This document shows, piece after piece, positions 30,402 to 40,231 of a stretch of 64,000 nt of DNA. A program made the translations under genes and the position numbers. How positions within the stretch are numbered: position 1 is the stretch's first letter; every line of letters begins with the position of its first letter. The notes under the pieces are model-generated. The model saw only the letters and a list, made by a program, of their open reading frames with translations, ran no database searches and was not told the origin of the DNA. The DNA is from an uncultured Candidatus Saccharibacteria bacterium. GTDB taxonomy: Bacteria; Patescibacteriota; Minisyncoccia; UBA6257; JAUSGH01. Where the stretch lies: NCBI GenBank assembly GCA_964360025.1, contig CAYHUD010000001.1:3922-67921 (forward strand), in the 5' to 3' direction.

Positions 30402-30869
30402 ATGGAAATAAAATGGGAAGCTCCGGAGTTTGACGATCATAAAAGAGGGGCAATCTGGTACTATAGTGTCGTTGTGGTTTCTGTGGCATTAATTATGCTT
30501 TCCGCATGGCGAGGAAATTTTCTCTTTTCCATTTTTGTTATTATCGCCGCCGCGCTTATCATCGCCTGGAGTTTTGAAAAATCTCCCATCCATCTTTTCT
30601 CCGTATCTGAAAAAGAAATACACCTCGGCACGGCCAAAACATACCGCCTGTCGGAGCTGGAAAGCTTCTCTCTCGCCGGAGCTGGACAAGACGACGCAAA
30701 ATGGGGTAAATTAGTCCTGCGGCCAAAAGGACGTTTTCACATGGATATTATTCTCAATATACCGGGTGAAAACGTAGAAAGCGTGAGAAATCTGCTCGCA
30801 AAAATATTGCCGCAATTCGCGCACCAGGATTCTCTGATGGAGGAGATAATCAGGGCGTTAAGACTTTAA
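30402..30869 (+). CDS. Conserved CPR membrane protein (2 TM + PH-like domain)
   Basis: W.APEF...R...WY, two TMs. Confidence 0.75.
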   Translation: MEIKWEAPEFDDHKRGAIWYYSVVVVSVALIMLSAWRGNFLFSIFVIIAAALIIAWSFEKSPIHLFSVSEKEIHLGTAKTYRLSELESFSLAGAGQDDAKWGKLVLRPKGRFHMDIILNIPGENVESVRNLLAKILPQFAHQDSLMEEIIRALRL

Positions 30870-30873
30870 AAAA

Positions 30874-30945
30874 GCCCTCATCGTTCAACGGATAGGACGC
30901 AAGATTGCGGATCTTGCAATTGAGGTTCGATTCCTCATGAGGGCA
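30874..30945 (+). tRNA. tRNA-Arg(GCG)
   Basis: Anticodon CAAGA-TTGCGGA-TCTTG; D-loop GGATA. Confidence 0.92.
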
Positions 30946-30997
30946 CAATTCATAACTTGGTCGGTATTTTGTTGATAAACGGGGTCCTACAGGCGCC

Positions 30998-33613
30998 ATG
31001 ATTCAGAAGAAGTTACAAAATGAAATACAAAGAAGCCCTTTTTGGGCATTATCCGTGTTCGAAGTTGTTAAGCTATTGCAAACGAACGGCCAAAACGGAA
31101 TTTCAAAGGAGGAAGCGGATGAGCGATTAAAAATTTTTGGTCTAAATGTTATAGAAAAATCGCGGCAAGCCCCTGGTTTTTTTATTCTTTTGGATCAATT
31201 TAAAAGTCCGCTGATCTTGATTTTATTGTTTGCGGGAATCGTGACGCTTTTTCTCGCTCATTACCGTGATGCATCTTTTATTTTTGCCGCTTTGATAGCC
31301 AATGCCACGCTAGGTTTTTATCAAGAATATAAGGCCGAGAGGGCTTTGGCGGAGCTTAAAACATATCTTAAACAGCGGTCACGAGTTATTCGCGGCGGTG
31401 TTGAGCGAGAAATAGATGCCGCAAATTTAGTGCCGGGAGATGTTATTCGTCTTACTCAAGGAGATCGTGTTCCTGCGGACGCACGGCTTCTCTACATCAA
31501 TGATTTCCAAATAGACGAGGCCATTCTTACCGGTGAGTCCTTGCCTGTATCAAAGCGGGTTGATCCGGTAAGTAGTGATGCCGTACTGGGTGATCAACTT
31601 TCCATGGTTTTTGCGGGGACGCTTGTCACTCAAGGTCTTGCCACTGCGCTGGTTTGCCGCACTGATTTTTCTACCGAACTGGGTAAAATTGCGTCCTTGG
31701 TCGCCGAGTCGCGCAGAGAAGAAACTCCTTTACAAGTAGCGATCAAGCGTTTCAGTATACAGGCCGGATTCTTTCTGGGGATCCTTACGTCGGCCATCTT
31801 TGTTATTGGCATTATTTTGGGATATTCGCGAGTAGAAATGTTTCTAACATCCGTGGCTATTGCCGTTGCGGCGGTTCCGGAGGGTCTGCCTATTGCGATG
31901 ACGGTGATTTTAGCAATAGGAGTCCAACGTATGGCAAAGCGCAAGGGTGTTATCAGAAAACTAGTCGCCGCCGAAGCACTCGGTAGCACCACCATAATTT
32001 TGACTGATAAAACGGGGACTTTGACGATGGCAAAAATGGAGCTAAGCAAAATTTTGCCGGCGCGAGACACAGAGGAGAATAAATTACTTGAACTGGCGCT
32101 TCTTAATACGAATGTCCTCATAGAAAACCGCGACAAAGAGCCATCAGAGTGGCGTATCAACGGTAAAGTAATTGAAGCGGCATTAGTGCGTTCTGCCGCG
32201 CTTCGGGGCGTCACGGCTGAAGAAGTAAAAAATAAGGTTTCAGTTTTGAATTCTTTACCGTTTAACGCGGTCAATAAATTTTCCGTCTCGCTCGTGCATG
32301 ATCACGGGAAACACCGGCTTATATTTCTTGGCGCGCCGGATATTTTTATCCGTCATTCCACGCTTAGTTCCGAAGAGCAAAAAGATGCCCTGGAAAGAAT
32401 TGATTCATTGGCCGAATCCGGCGAACTGGTTATTGGCGTGGCAACAAAGGAGATCAGCGTAAAAGAAGATTTTTCCTTTTCAAAAGATATGCAATTTAAT
32501 CATCTTTCTTTTGAGGGACTGATTACGCTGCATGACCCGGTACGGCCAAATATCAAGGAAGCAATTCGCAGAGTGGAATCGGCGGGAATAAAGACAGTAA
32601 TAATGACCGGCGACCATCGCGGCACGGCGACTGCTGTCGCCAGAGAAGTTGGTGTGATAATTGACGGTGGCAATGTTCTTGACGCCACAGAGCTCCGCAC
32701 ATTATCGGATGATGATTTAAAAAAACGGCTACCCGGGTTGCGCGTCATTTCACGCGTGTCTCCTCTTGATAAAATGAGGATTGTAAAGGCGTTTCAAGAG
32801 TTGGGAGAAGTGGTGGCAATGACCGGCGACGGGGTGAATGACGCGCCGAGCATCAAGCAGGCAAATATCGCCATCGCGATGGGTTCAGGAACTGAAGTTG
32901 CCCGAGATGTTGCGGACTTGGTGCTACTGGATGATAATTTTGAGACAATTGCCGCATCCGTGGAAGAGGGCCGCCAGATATTAAATAATATCCGCAAGGT
33001 GCTTGTATATCTTCTTTCTTCCGTGACAGACGAGCTCCTGTTAATCGGCGGGGCTCTCATGACCGGCTTAGCTTTGCCGCTTAACGCGCTTCAGATACTT
33101 TGGGTAAATTTTTTTACAGACAGCTTCCCAGCCGTCGCATTCGCATTTGAAAAAGACATTGACGGACTAGTCCGCCGTTCCCGAGGCGTTAAGTCCGGAC
33201 TATTTGATCCTTTGATGAAGTTCTTGATCTTGTTTGTCGGTCTTTCCACAAGCGCTCTTTTATTTATCTTATACTGGCTATTGTTGCGAACCGGTTTTCC
33301 GGAAGAAATTGTAAGAACATTTATTTTCGCCAGTTTCGGAAGTTATACGCTATTTTTAACGCTTTCCATCAGAAGTTTGGAGAAAAGTATTTTTGAATAC
33401 CCTCTATTTTCTAATCGTTACCTAGTCATGGGAATAGGTGTCGGAATTATCATGATGGGCGCGGCTATTTATATTCCCTTTTTACAAGCCTTGTTCGGTA
33501 CCGTTTCATTACCGTTCTACTGGATACTCGGCGTTGTATTGATCGGGATATTAAATATTGCCGCGGTAGAACTCGGGAAAATGATTTTTCGTCGCAGGCA
33601 GTCAATAGCTTGA
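30998..33613 (+). CDS. P-type cation-transporting ATPase (P2A/Ca2+-like)
   Basis: TGES, VPEGLP, DKTGTLT, TGDGVND, LQILWVN..TD. Confidence 0.95.
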   Translation: MIQKKLQNEIQRSPFWALSVFEVVKLLQTNGQNGISKEEADERLKIFGLNVIEKSRQAPGFFILLDQFKSPLILILLFAGIVTLFLAHYRDASFIFAALIANATLGFYQEYKAERALAELKTYLKQRSRVIRGGVEREIDAANLVPGDVIRLTQGDRVPADARLLYINDFQIDEAILTGESLPVSKRVDPVSSDAVLGDQLSMVFAGTLVTQGLATALVCRTDFSTELGKIASLVAESRREETPLQVAIKRFSIQAGFFLGILTSAIFVIGIILGYSRVEMFLTSVAIAVAAVPEGLPIAMTVILAIGVQRMAKRKGVIRKLVAAEALGSTTIILTDKTGTLTMAKMELSKILPARDTEENKLLELALLNTNVLIENRDKEPSEWRINGKVIEAALVRSAALRGVTAEEVKNKVSVLNSLPFNAVNKFSVSLVHDHGKHRLIFLGAPDIFIRHSTLSSEEQKDALERIDSLAESGELVIGVATKEISVKEDFSFSKDMQFNHLSFEGLITLHDPVRPNIKEAIRRVESAGIKTVIMTGDHRGTATAVAREVGVIIDGGNVLDATELRTLSDDDLKKRLPGLRVISRVSPLDKMRIVKAFQELGEVVAMTGDGVNDAPSIKQANIAIAMGSGTEVARDVADLVLLDDNFETIAASVEEGRQILNNIRKVLVYLLSSVTDELLLIGGALMTGLALPLNALQILWVNFFTDSFPAVAFAFEKDIDGLVRRSRGVKSGLFDPLMKFLILFVGLSTSALLFILYWLLLRTGFPEEIVRTFIFASFGSYTLFLTLSIRSLEKSIFEYPLFSNRYLVMGIGVGIIMMGAAIYIPFLQALFGTVSLPFYWILGVVLIGILNIAAVELGKMIFRRRQSIA

Positions 33614-33729
33614 GGTGAATATTTAAGCTAAACTCCGAACAAAAAACGGCCGAGTAGCCGTATTTTCGGTTTGCAATACTTAATCCTTTATTGCTAATAT
33701 GCTTTATGTTCTTTAACGGAGGTGTGGCG

Positions 33730-34134
33730 ATGAAATACCGAGACAACTCCCGATTGGATCTGGCAAATCAAGCAAGGGCTCTTTGGCATAAAGTAATGAA
33801 TGAGTCATATACGGCAAAAGAGGTCTGTAAAATGCTTCGGATTTCCCGGAAGCGCTTGGCGTGTCTGCGGCAAAATCACTTTTTGCTTTTTGATAAAAGA
33901 AATGATGACCGAGGGTTGCGATATCCCAAATTCCAATTTGAACGCAAAATCCGACCTTACCTTTGGCGAGTCCTATACTATCTCGGCCGAAATACGCTAG
34001 ACGGGTATCTTGACACGCTTCATTATCGGAAAGCCGATGCTGTCGGCACAAGCTATATGGACTTAATTCTCGCCGGAAAAGGCGAACGGGCAATAGCCCA
34101 AGCCAGATCCGTCAGGGAATATAATAGGAAATGA
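33730..34134 (+). CDS. Hypothetical protein, possible N-terminal HTH (YP.FQF motif)
   Basis: SD GGAGGT; YTAKEVCKMLRISR..., RYPKFQF. Confidence 0.6.
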   Translation: MKYRDNSRLDLANQARALWHKVMNESYTAKEVCKMLRISRKRLACLRQNHFLLFDKRNDDRGLRYPKFQFERKIRPYLWRVLYYLGRNTLDGYLDTLHYRKADAVGTSYMDLILAGKGERAIAQARSVREYNRK

Positions 34135-34169
34135 AGACCGGCCCCTTTCGGGGGCACGGTCTTTTTTCT

Positions 34170-34670
34170 TTAGAGCACTACGATCTCCGCAGTGCGCTTG
34201 CCGAACTTCAAGGCAGTGGAACGGTCAGCAAACCAGATATCCATACGATCACTGAAACGCCTATTCATGCGGTCTTTTACCACAAACACCTTATCACCGA
34301 AAAGCTTCGGTATCTGGACTTTGGTGTTAAACGGCAAGAAATTCGCGGCGACAATACCATCCTCCACATGCGCTCCGGAAGCGGTGATAAACGGCGTATC
34401 GTCGGTCTGATCGGGCGTGGAAGAATAACCGGTAATTACAACTACCATTTTCTTCTTAACCCTTTCACCTCCCGAAATATCCACTAAAGATGTCTCTGCA
34501 ATAGCGGACTCCAGGTCGTGAGCCACAGCGGGAGCCGTAATAGGCATAACAGAGGCGGAGGCAATATTAAACGCCAAAAGCAAAGCAAAGCCATTGAAAT
34601 AGTGATTTTTAGCGTATTCCCGCAAAGCTTTGATAGCGCGGAAAACCAGGTTTTTAGCTTGTTTTTTCAT
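34170..34670 (-). CDS. 3D (Asp-Asp-Asp) domain cell-wall protein
   Basis: TGYSS..QTD.TPFITASG...GIVAAN.LP..T...V.DRM......DIW. Confidence 0.88.
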   Translation of the reverse strand: MKKQAKNLVFRAIKALREYAKNHYFNGFALLLAFNIASASVMPITAPAVAHDLESAIAETSLVDISGGERVKKKMVVVITGYSSTPDQTDDTPFITASGAHVEDGIVAANFLPFNTKVQIPKLFGDKVFVVKDRMNRRFSDRMDIWFADRSTALKFGKRTAEIVVL

Positions 34671-34769
34671 ATTATTGGCAATATTAAAACCCCTTACGGG
34701 GTCTTAACATTGTTAGGTGTTATTATAGCACACTATCTACCCGCTTGTCAAGCTAGCCGATTCGTGGCT

Positions 34770-35477
34770 TTATAGGGTCTTCGTCGGGGGCTCGGTATCG
34801 TATTTTTTCAATATTTCAAAGTCGTTAAGCAGGAAAAAGGCGGCTGCCACAAGCAGGGCAGTGGCCACAAGCGACTCCGGACCGTAGACGATAATAAGAT
34901 GGTTGAAGATGGCATGGAGAAGCGTAGCAACTCCAATGCCCTCAATGATCATCAGTTTAAAACCGCTCTTTTGAAGCATTGCCAGACCCCAATAATAGCC
35001 GACGAAGGCGGAGCTGACGCTGTGAAGCAGGGTGGCGCCGATAAATCTTAAAGAAAGCAAAGAGATACCCATAGCCGAAATCGTGCTTCCGTTTTCACCG
35101 TTTAAAATAGACGCGACATTCTCCACAGCGGCGAAACCCAGGGCAACGACGATCATATAGATCATGGCATCCAGCGGCTCATCAAAATCACGGGTGCGTG
35201 AGACCAGAAAATAAACAGCTAAGAATTTAAAGACTTCTTCCACTAAACTTAAGACAAAAAGCGGAACAAAACCATACTGCGTAGTGCCAAAGTCGGCAAA
35301 AAAATTACTAAGAAACATTTGCGGCCCCAAAACAAAAAAAGTAACCAGCGCTCCGGCGATGAAAGTATAGATAATCAGACTTTTCGGCTCCGGGTGCGCC
35401 TCATCTTCACGGATAAAAAAGTATAGCCAGATGAAGCTGGGAATGAAACCTAACAAAAGGGCGGGGATTAATGACAT
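34770..35477 (-). CDS. prsW: PrsW-family intramembrane metalloprotease
   Basis: PEP, VEEVFK, FDEPLD, GFAAVEN, HS, LH..FN. Confidence 0.9.
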   Translation of the reverse strand: MSLIPALLLGFIPSFIWLYFFIREDEAHPEPKSLIIYTFIAGALVTFFVLGPQMFLSNFFADFGTTQYGFVPLFVLSLVEEVFKFLAVYFLVSRTRDFDEPLDAMIYMIVVALGFAAVENVASILNGENGSTISAMGISLLSLRFIGATLLHSVSSAFVGYYWGLAMLQKSGFKLMIIEGIGVATLLHAIFNHLIIVYGPESLVATALLVAAAFFLLNDFEILKKYDTEPPTKTL

Positions 35478-35525
35478 CTGACTTAATTATAGACCTGGTG
35501 ATAAAACACGGCAAACAAATATCTG

Positions 35526-35675
35526 GCGCGCAGATAAACTATCTTTCGGACACGGCGTTCTTCGCCCCGGCCGGCGAAGCCGCCTCGCTCTCGGCGAACT
35601 ATCGCTCGAAACTAAAACGAGCGAACCGTGCTAGCTCGCCTTCGAGATGTTCCTTAAGATAGTTTATCCTCGCGC
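35526..35675. repeat. 150-bp element with terminal inverted repeats (MITE-like)
   Basis: GCGCG.AGATAAACTATCTT ... AAGATAGTTTATC..CGCGC with GC-rich internal hairpins. Confidence 0.7.
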
Positions 35676-35697
35676 TCGTGGTTCACCCCCACACAAA

Positions 35698-37920
35698 CTA
35701 CCACTTCTCAACAATCAGCCAGGACTTATTTTCCACGGGAAGTTTCTGATAAATTTCTTCGGTCAAATGAGGCATAAAGAGGTGTAGGATCTTTAATGAC
35801 TCAAGGAGAATATAGCCCAGAACGGCATTCGTATTTTCATCAATCTGCTTTTTGGACTCCTCAAGATAGATATCGCAGAAATCATGCCAGAAAAAATCAT
35901 AAACCTCATGGAGCGCCGCACCCATATTATATTTTTTAATGCCGGCCTCCACGGATTTTTTGACTGATTTGAGTCGCGCGATGATTTTTTTATCAGCGGC
36001 GGTTTTTGGCTTTACGCTTTGCTCTTTGCCCTTTGCGCTTCGCGCCAGAACAAACCGCGCCGCATTCCAAATTTTATTGGCGAACTTTTTACCGGCCATA
36101 ACTGCCGCCTCATCCCAACGGACGTCCTGTCCGCCCATCGCCTGCCAGATGATGCCAAACCTAGTGGCATCGGCGCCGTATTTTGAAACGAGCTCAAGAG
36201 GATCCACGCCCGTGCCCAGTGACTTAGACATTCTCCGGCCATCTTTTGCGAGCACGGTCGCGTGAATGAGCGCCGTCTTAAAAGGCGTTTTCCCACCCAT
36301 AAATTCCAGGCCGGAAAAAATCATGCGACCAACCCAGAGATTGATAATATCACGGGCGGTAATCAGGACATCTGAGGGATAAAATAATTGCAAATCGGTT
36401 TGAGAAAGTCCTGCAAACGGCCACAAAGCTGAAGAGAACCATGTATCCAGGACATCCTCTGACTGAACAAACTCCGCATCGCAAAATTCGCACCCAGGTT
36501 TTGCAAGAGATACAATCATATCTTTGCACTTTACTATTTCGTCTTCGTGGCCGGACTTGGGCACGCACTTCGGCTCGTGGAACCAAACAGGAAGACGATG
36601 CCCCCACCAAATCTGGCGGGAAATGCACCAGTCCTTAATATTTTTTAGCCAGTCAAAAAACGGTTTTTCAAAATTTTTGGGAACAATCTTTGTTTTACCG
36701 GATTTAACAGTTTTTGCCGTCGCTTTTGCCAGTTTATCCATATCCATAAACCATTGATTGGAAAGAATAGGTTCCAGAGTGCTGTCACAACGGTAGCACT
36801 TTGCCACATTGTGTTTGTAGTCCTCTATTTTTTCCATTAAGTTTTGGCTCTCCAGCTCCGCTATGACTTTCTCGCGACATTCGGAAATTTTCAAGCCATC
36901 GCACACCGCTCCGACATTTTTCATACGGCCGCGTTCGCTGATAATTTCATAACTCGGCAAATCATGGCGTCCGGCAATTTCGTTATCCAGCAAATCATGC
37001 GCCGGAGTTACTTTTACCATTCCGGTGCCAAAGGTTATATCAATAGCATCGTCGCCAATTATGGGAATCTCCCGATTAACTATCGGCAAGACAGCTTTTT
37101 TTCCGATCAAATTTTTATACCGCTTATCTTTTGGGTTCACTGCCACAGCCGCATCGCCCAACATTGTTTCCGGGCGGGTAGTCGCGACAACGATAAAATC
37201 TTTAGTATTGTCATTCTGAGGCGAAGCCGAAGAATCTTTTTGAGATCCTTCGGGTGCACTCAGGATGACAGAATCTGGAGTAGTACTTAAGAGGGGATAT
37301 TTAATAAAATAAAGCTTGCCCGTCTCTTCTTTGTGTTCAATTTCCAGATCGGAAAGAGAAGTGCCGCAACGAACGCACCACGAAACCATTCTTTTGCCGC
37401 GATAAATGAAACCTTTTTCGTAATAATGCACGAATACCTTAAGCACTTCCTCGCTATAAGACGGGTCCATGGTAAAACGCGTACGGCTCCAGTCGGCAGA
37501 AGCCCCGAGGCGTTTTAGCTGGTCAAGAATGATATTGCCGTATTTGGCTTTCCATTCCCAAACTTTTTCCACAAACTTCTCGCGGCCGAGATCAAAGCGA
37601 CTGATATTTTCTTTACGCAAGTTTTTTTCCACCACATTTTGCGCGGCGATACCGGCATGGTCTATGCCCGGGAGCCAGGCGGTTTTAAAACCCTTCATCC
37701 GATGATAACGAATCAAAATATCCGTCGTTGTGGCATTTAAGGCGTGACCCATGTGCAATGACCCTGTTATATTCGGCGGCGGAAGGAGGACGGTGTAGGA
37801 TTTTTTACCTTTTCCCGGAGCAAAAAAACCGCGCGAGAGCCACTCTCCGTAAATGCGGGTTTCCACTGACTTGGGATCGTAAGCTGATGACGCTTCCTGC
37901 TTTTTATTTAGGTCTTCCAT
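35698..37920 (-). CDS. valS: Valine--tRNA ligase (short, lacks C-terminal coiled coil)
   Basis: PPPNITGSLHMGHA, ATTRPET, WCISRQ.WWGH, RMSKSLG. Confidence 0.98.
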   Translation of the reverse strand: MEDLNKKQEASSAYDPKSVETRIYGEWLSRGFFAPGKGKKSYTVLLPPPNITGSLHMGHALNATTTDILIRYHRMKGFKTAWLPGIDHAGIAAQNVVEKNLRKENISRFDLGREKFVEKVWEWKAKYGNIILDQLKRLGASADWSRTRFTMDPSYSEEVLKVFVHYYEKGFIYRGKRMVSWCVRCGTSLSDLEIEHKEETGKLYFIKYPLLSTTPDSVILSAPEGSQKDSSASPQNDNTKDFIVVATTRPETMLGDAAVAVNPKDKRYKNLIGKKAVLPIVNREIPIIGDDAIDITFGTGMVKVTPAHDLLDNEIAGRHDLPSYEIISERGRMKNVGAVCDGLKISECREKVIAELESQNLMEKIEDYKHNVAKCYRCDSTLEPILSNQWFMDMDKLAKATAKTVKSGKTKIVPKNFEKPFFDWLKNIKDWCISRQIWWGHRLPVWFHEPKCVPKSGHEDEIVKCKDMIVSLAKPGCEFCDAEFVQSEDVLDTWFSSALWPFAGLSQTDLQLFYPSDVLITARDIINLWVGRMIFSGLEFMGGKTPFKTALIHATVLAKDGRRMSKSLGTGVDPLELVSKYGADATRFGIIWQAMGGQDVRWDEAAVMAGKKFANKIWNAARFVLARSAKGKEQSVKPKTAADKKIIARLKSVKKSVEAGIKKYNMGAALHEVYDFFWHDFCDIYLEESKKQIDENTNAVLGYILLESLKILHLFMPHLTEEIYQKLPVENKSWLIVEKW
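37209..37270. repeat. Family B hairpin inserted in-frame in valS
   Basis: TGTCATTCTGAG...GAGATCCTTCG..CTCAGGATGACA. Confidence 0.9.
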
Positions 37921-37957
37921 GGGATTATTTAATCATAAAAACTGGCTTTTTTATAGA

Positions 37958-37986
37958 TTGACAGGAGTCTTTCTGTATGGTATAAT
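37958..37986 (+). promoter_or_regulatory. Sigma70 consensus promoter
   Basis: TTGACA-17-TATAAT with TG extension. Confidence 0.75.
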
Positions 37987-38056
37987 GTTGAGGTTCTTTG
38001 CTGGGGAAGATAAAAATCGTGGGGTTGAATGGTAGATACAAGAATAAGGAGGCGAA

Positions 38057-38332
38057 ATGATACCAGGAATGAAGCTGACGGCGGCGGAAGAAGACCAACT
38101 TCTTTGCGCCTTTGCGAGTCTGGGACAGGAACTCGCGGAAAGATGCGAAGAGGAAATACTCCGCGAGTTGGAACAAACGAAAGAGGAGCTGGAGGCACAA
38201 GAAGGTGTCCTCTTCGCGCAAAGGTGCGCGAGCCAGATCATCGAGGGAGTTTTATGCGCGCAAAAGTGCGCGGACGAAATCGTCGAAAAGGCACCCGCGC
38301 CGCGCGGGGAAGCAACTGAACATGGGGTATAG
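38057..38332 (+). CDS. Small hypothetical helical protein
   Basis: SD AAGGAGG, promoter upstream, terminator 38338-38372. Confidence 0.65.
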   Translation: MIPGMKLTAAEEDQLLCAFASLGQELAERCEEEILRELEQTKEELEAQEGVLFAQRCASQIIEGVLCAQKCADEIVEKAPAPRGEATEHGV

Positions 38333-38385
38333 TCACGGAGCGGATCAGGGATGACCCGCTCTTTCTTTTTTTAAAGCGTCAAATT

Positions 38386-39630
38386 TTAAAGCGTCAAACC
38401 GGAGTCCGCAACAAGCGGATATTTTTTTCTGCGGGACTTTTGTTGTAGATAAGCGGCAACGGCAATCATTGCGGCGTTATCAGTGTTGTATTCAAAATCC
38501 GGAGCGAAGAACTCCGCCCCCGCCGCATTCGCGGCTTTTTTCAATTCTTTACGCAAAGTTTTGTTAGCCGCCACGCCGCCGCATAAAAATACCGACTTCG
38601 CGCCGAACTCGCGCACGGCGCGAATAGTTTTTGCAGTTAAAACATCAATCACGGCGAACTGGAAACTCGCCGAGACATCGGACAGCTGCTCTGCCGTCAT
38701 TCTGAAGTCCGACAATTGCCGGACTGAAGAATCTACTGAAGATTCTTCACGAGATCCTTCGCTCCGCTCAGGATGACTTACTAAACTTTTCAAGTAATAC
38801 AAAACCGATGTTTTGAGGCCGGAGAAACTGAATTCGTAATTTTTCTCCCGCATCATCGGGCGCGGGAAGGCGATCGCCTTGCCATTTCCCTTTTTTGCCA
38901 GCTTTTCAATCAGAGGACCGCCGGGGTAGGGCAGGCTCATCATTTTTGCGACTTTATCATACGCCTCGCCGGCGGCATCGTCGCGCGTTTCGCCTATTTT
39001 TTTCCATGTCTTCAAATTTTTCATCACTACAAGAATCGTGTGGCCGCCGGAGACAAGCAGCGCTACTGCCGGAAATTCCAATTTCCAATTTCCAATTTCC
39101 AATTTTGGTAACTCCTCGACAAGCTTGAGGGGTAATTTTTTATTTTTGGGTATTAGATATTGGATATTGGTAATTACAGTTTTTTGCGGCAGTAAAAAAC
39201 TGTACAGATGCCCCTCCAGGTGATTTACGCCTACGAGCGGGATTTTTAATTCTGCAGAAAGTTTTTTTGCGAACTCCACGCCGGTCCAGAGAGAGGGCTC
39301 AAGACCGGGGCCGACGGTGACGGCGAGCAGATCGGGAATAACGAATTTTGAATTATGAATCATGGACTTTTTATTCTTTATTCTTAATTCTTTATTCATA
39401 ATTCGTTTCCAAAGAATCGGCAGATTCTTCAAGTGCTCACGCTTGGCAAGGTTGGGCACCACTCCGCCCCAATGGCTATGGATTTTTGTCTGCGAGGAAA
39501 CCAGATTTTTTAGAACTTTAAAATGCGGGACTAAAACGCTTGGCGTTCGCCCAAGATTCTTCGGCTCCGTAACCTCCACAATGGCCATGGAAGTATCGTC
39601 GCAACTGGTTTCAATAGAGAGAATGCGCAT
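38386..39630 (-). CDS. tsaD: t6A synthesis protein TsaD (with repeat-derived insertions)
   Basis: IETSCDD, GGVVP, HLEGH, LVSGGHT, DDAAGE.YDK, SFSGLK, DNAAMIA. Confidence 0.96.
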   Translation of the reverse strand: MRILSIETSCDDTSMAIVEVTEPKNLGRTPSVLVPHFKVLKNLVSSQTKIHSHWGGVVPNLAKREHLKNLPILWKRIMNKELRIKNKKSMIHNSKFVIPDLLAVTVGPGLEPSLWTGVEFAKKLSAELKIPLVGVNHLEGHLYSFLLPQKTVITNIQYLIPKNKKLPLKLVEELPKLEIGNWKLEFPAVALLVSGGHTILVVMKNLKTWKKIGETRDDAAGEAYDKVAKMMSLPYPGGPLIEKLAKKGNGKAIAFPRPMMREKNYEFSFSGLKTSVLYYLKSLVSHPERSEGSREESSVDSSVRQLSDFRMTAEQLSDVSASFQFAVIDVLTAKTIRAVREFGAKSVFLCGGVAANKTLRKELKKAANAAGAEFFAPDFEYNTDNAAMIAVAAYLQQKSRRKKYPLVADSGLTL

Positions 39631-39632
39631 TG

Positions 39633-39707
39633 TAGTCCCAACGAGATTCGAACTCGTGTTTCTTCCGTGAAAGGGAAGCGTCCTAGACCAGGCTAGACGA
39701 TAGGACC
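39633..39707 (-). tRNA. tRNA-Glu(TTC)
   Basis: Anticodon CTTCC-CTTTCAC-GGAAG. Confidence 0.93.
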
Positions 39708-39780
39708 GTCTTTCTCACTATATTAAACTATTTTCCGATATTTTTCAAATAAATCCGTCGTGATCTGATATAATAAAATT

Positions 39781-40173
39781 ATGTTAACTAATCTATATTT
39801 ATACGGGGGGATAGCGATGCTGGCTTTGCGTTTGGTGATGGGGCTGATTTTCATCGTGCACGGCGCGCCGAAATTACGAAATCTGAAGGAAACCGGTATC
39901 TGGCTGGGGAGCGAGGGATTCCGCCCGGGAATTTTCTGGGCGCTAATGCTGGGACTCCTGGAGGTTTTCGGCGGACTGGCTCTGATCATCGGGTTTACCA
40001 CCGAACTTTTCGGACTGCTATTTACCGTGGAGATGATTATCGCCGCCCTCTGGAAAATGAAAAAGAAAATGGGGCTCGTCATGGGCTATGAACTGGATCT
40101 AGCGCTCGCCGCCGCCGCTTTCGTTATCGCCACGCTCGGTCCGGGCATCTACAGTGTTGCCGCTTATCTCTAA
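39781..40173 (+). CDS. DoxX family membrane protein
   Basis: LRL..G..F..HG..K, E..GG..L..G, GYE, GPG.YS. Confidence 0.9.
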   Translation: MLTNLYLYGGIAMLALRLVMGLIFIVHGAPKLRNLKETGIWLGSEGFRPGIFWALMLGLLEVFGGLALIIGFTTELFGLLFTVEMIIAALWKMKKKMGLVMGYELDLALAAAAFVIATLGPGIYSVAAYL

Positions 40174-40231
40174 ATTTGTTTTCTGTAAAAAATCTCCGAG
40201 CGCAAAGCCGGAGATTTTTTATTTATAAGAT

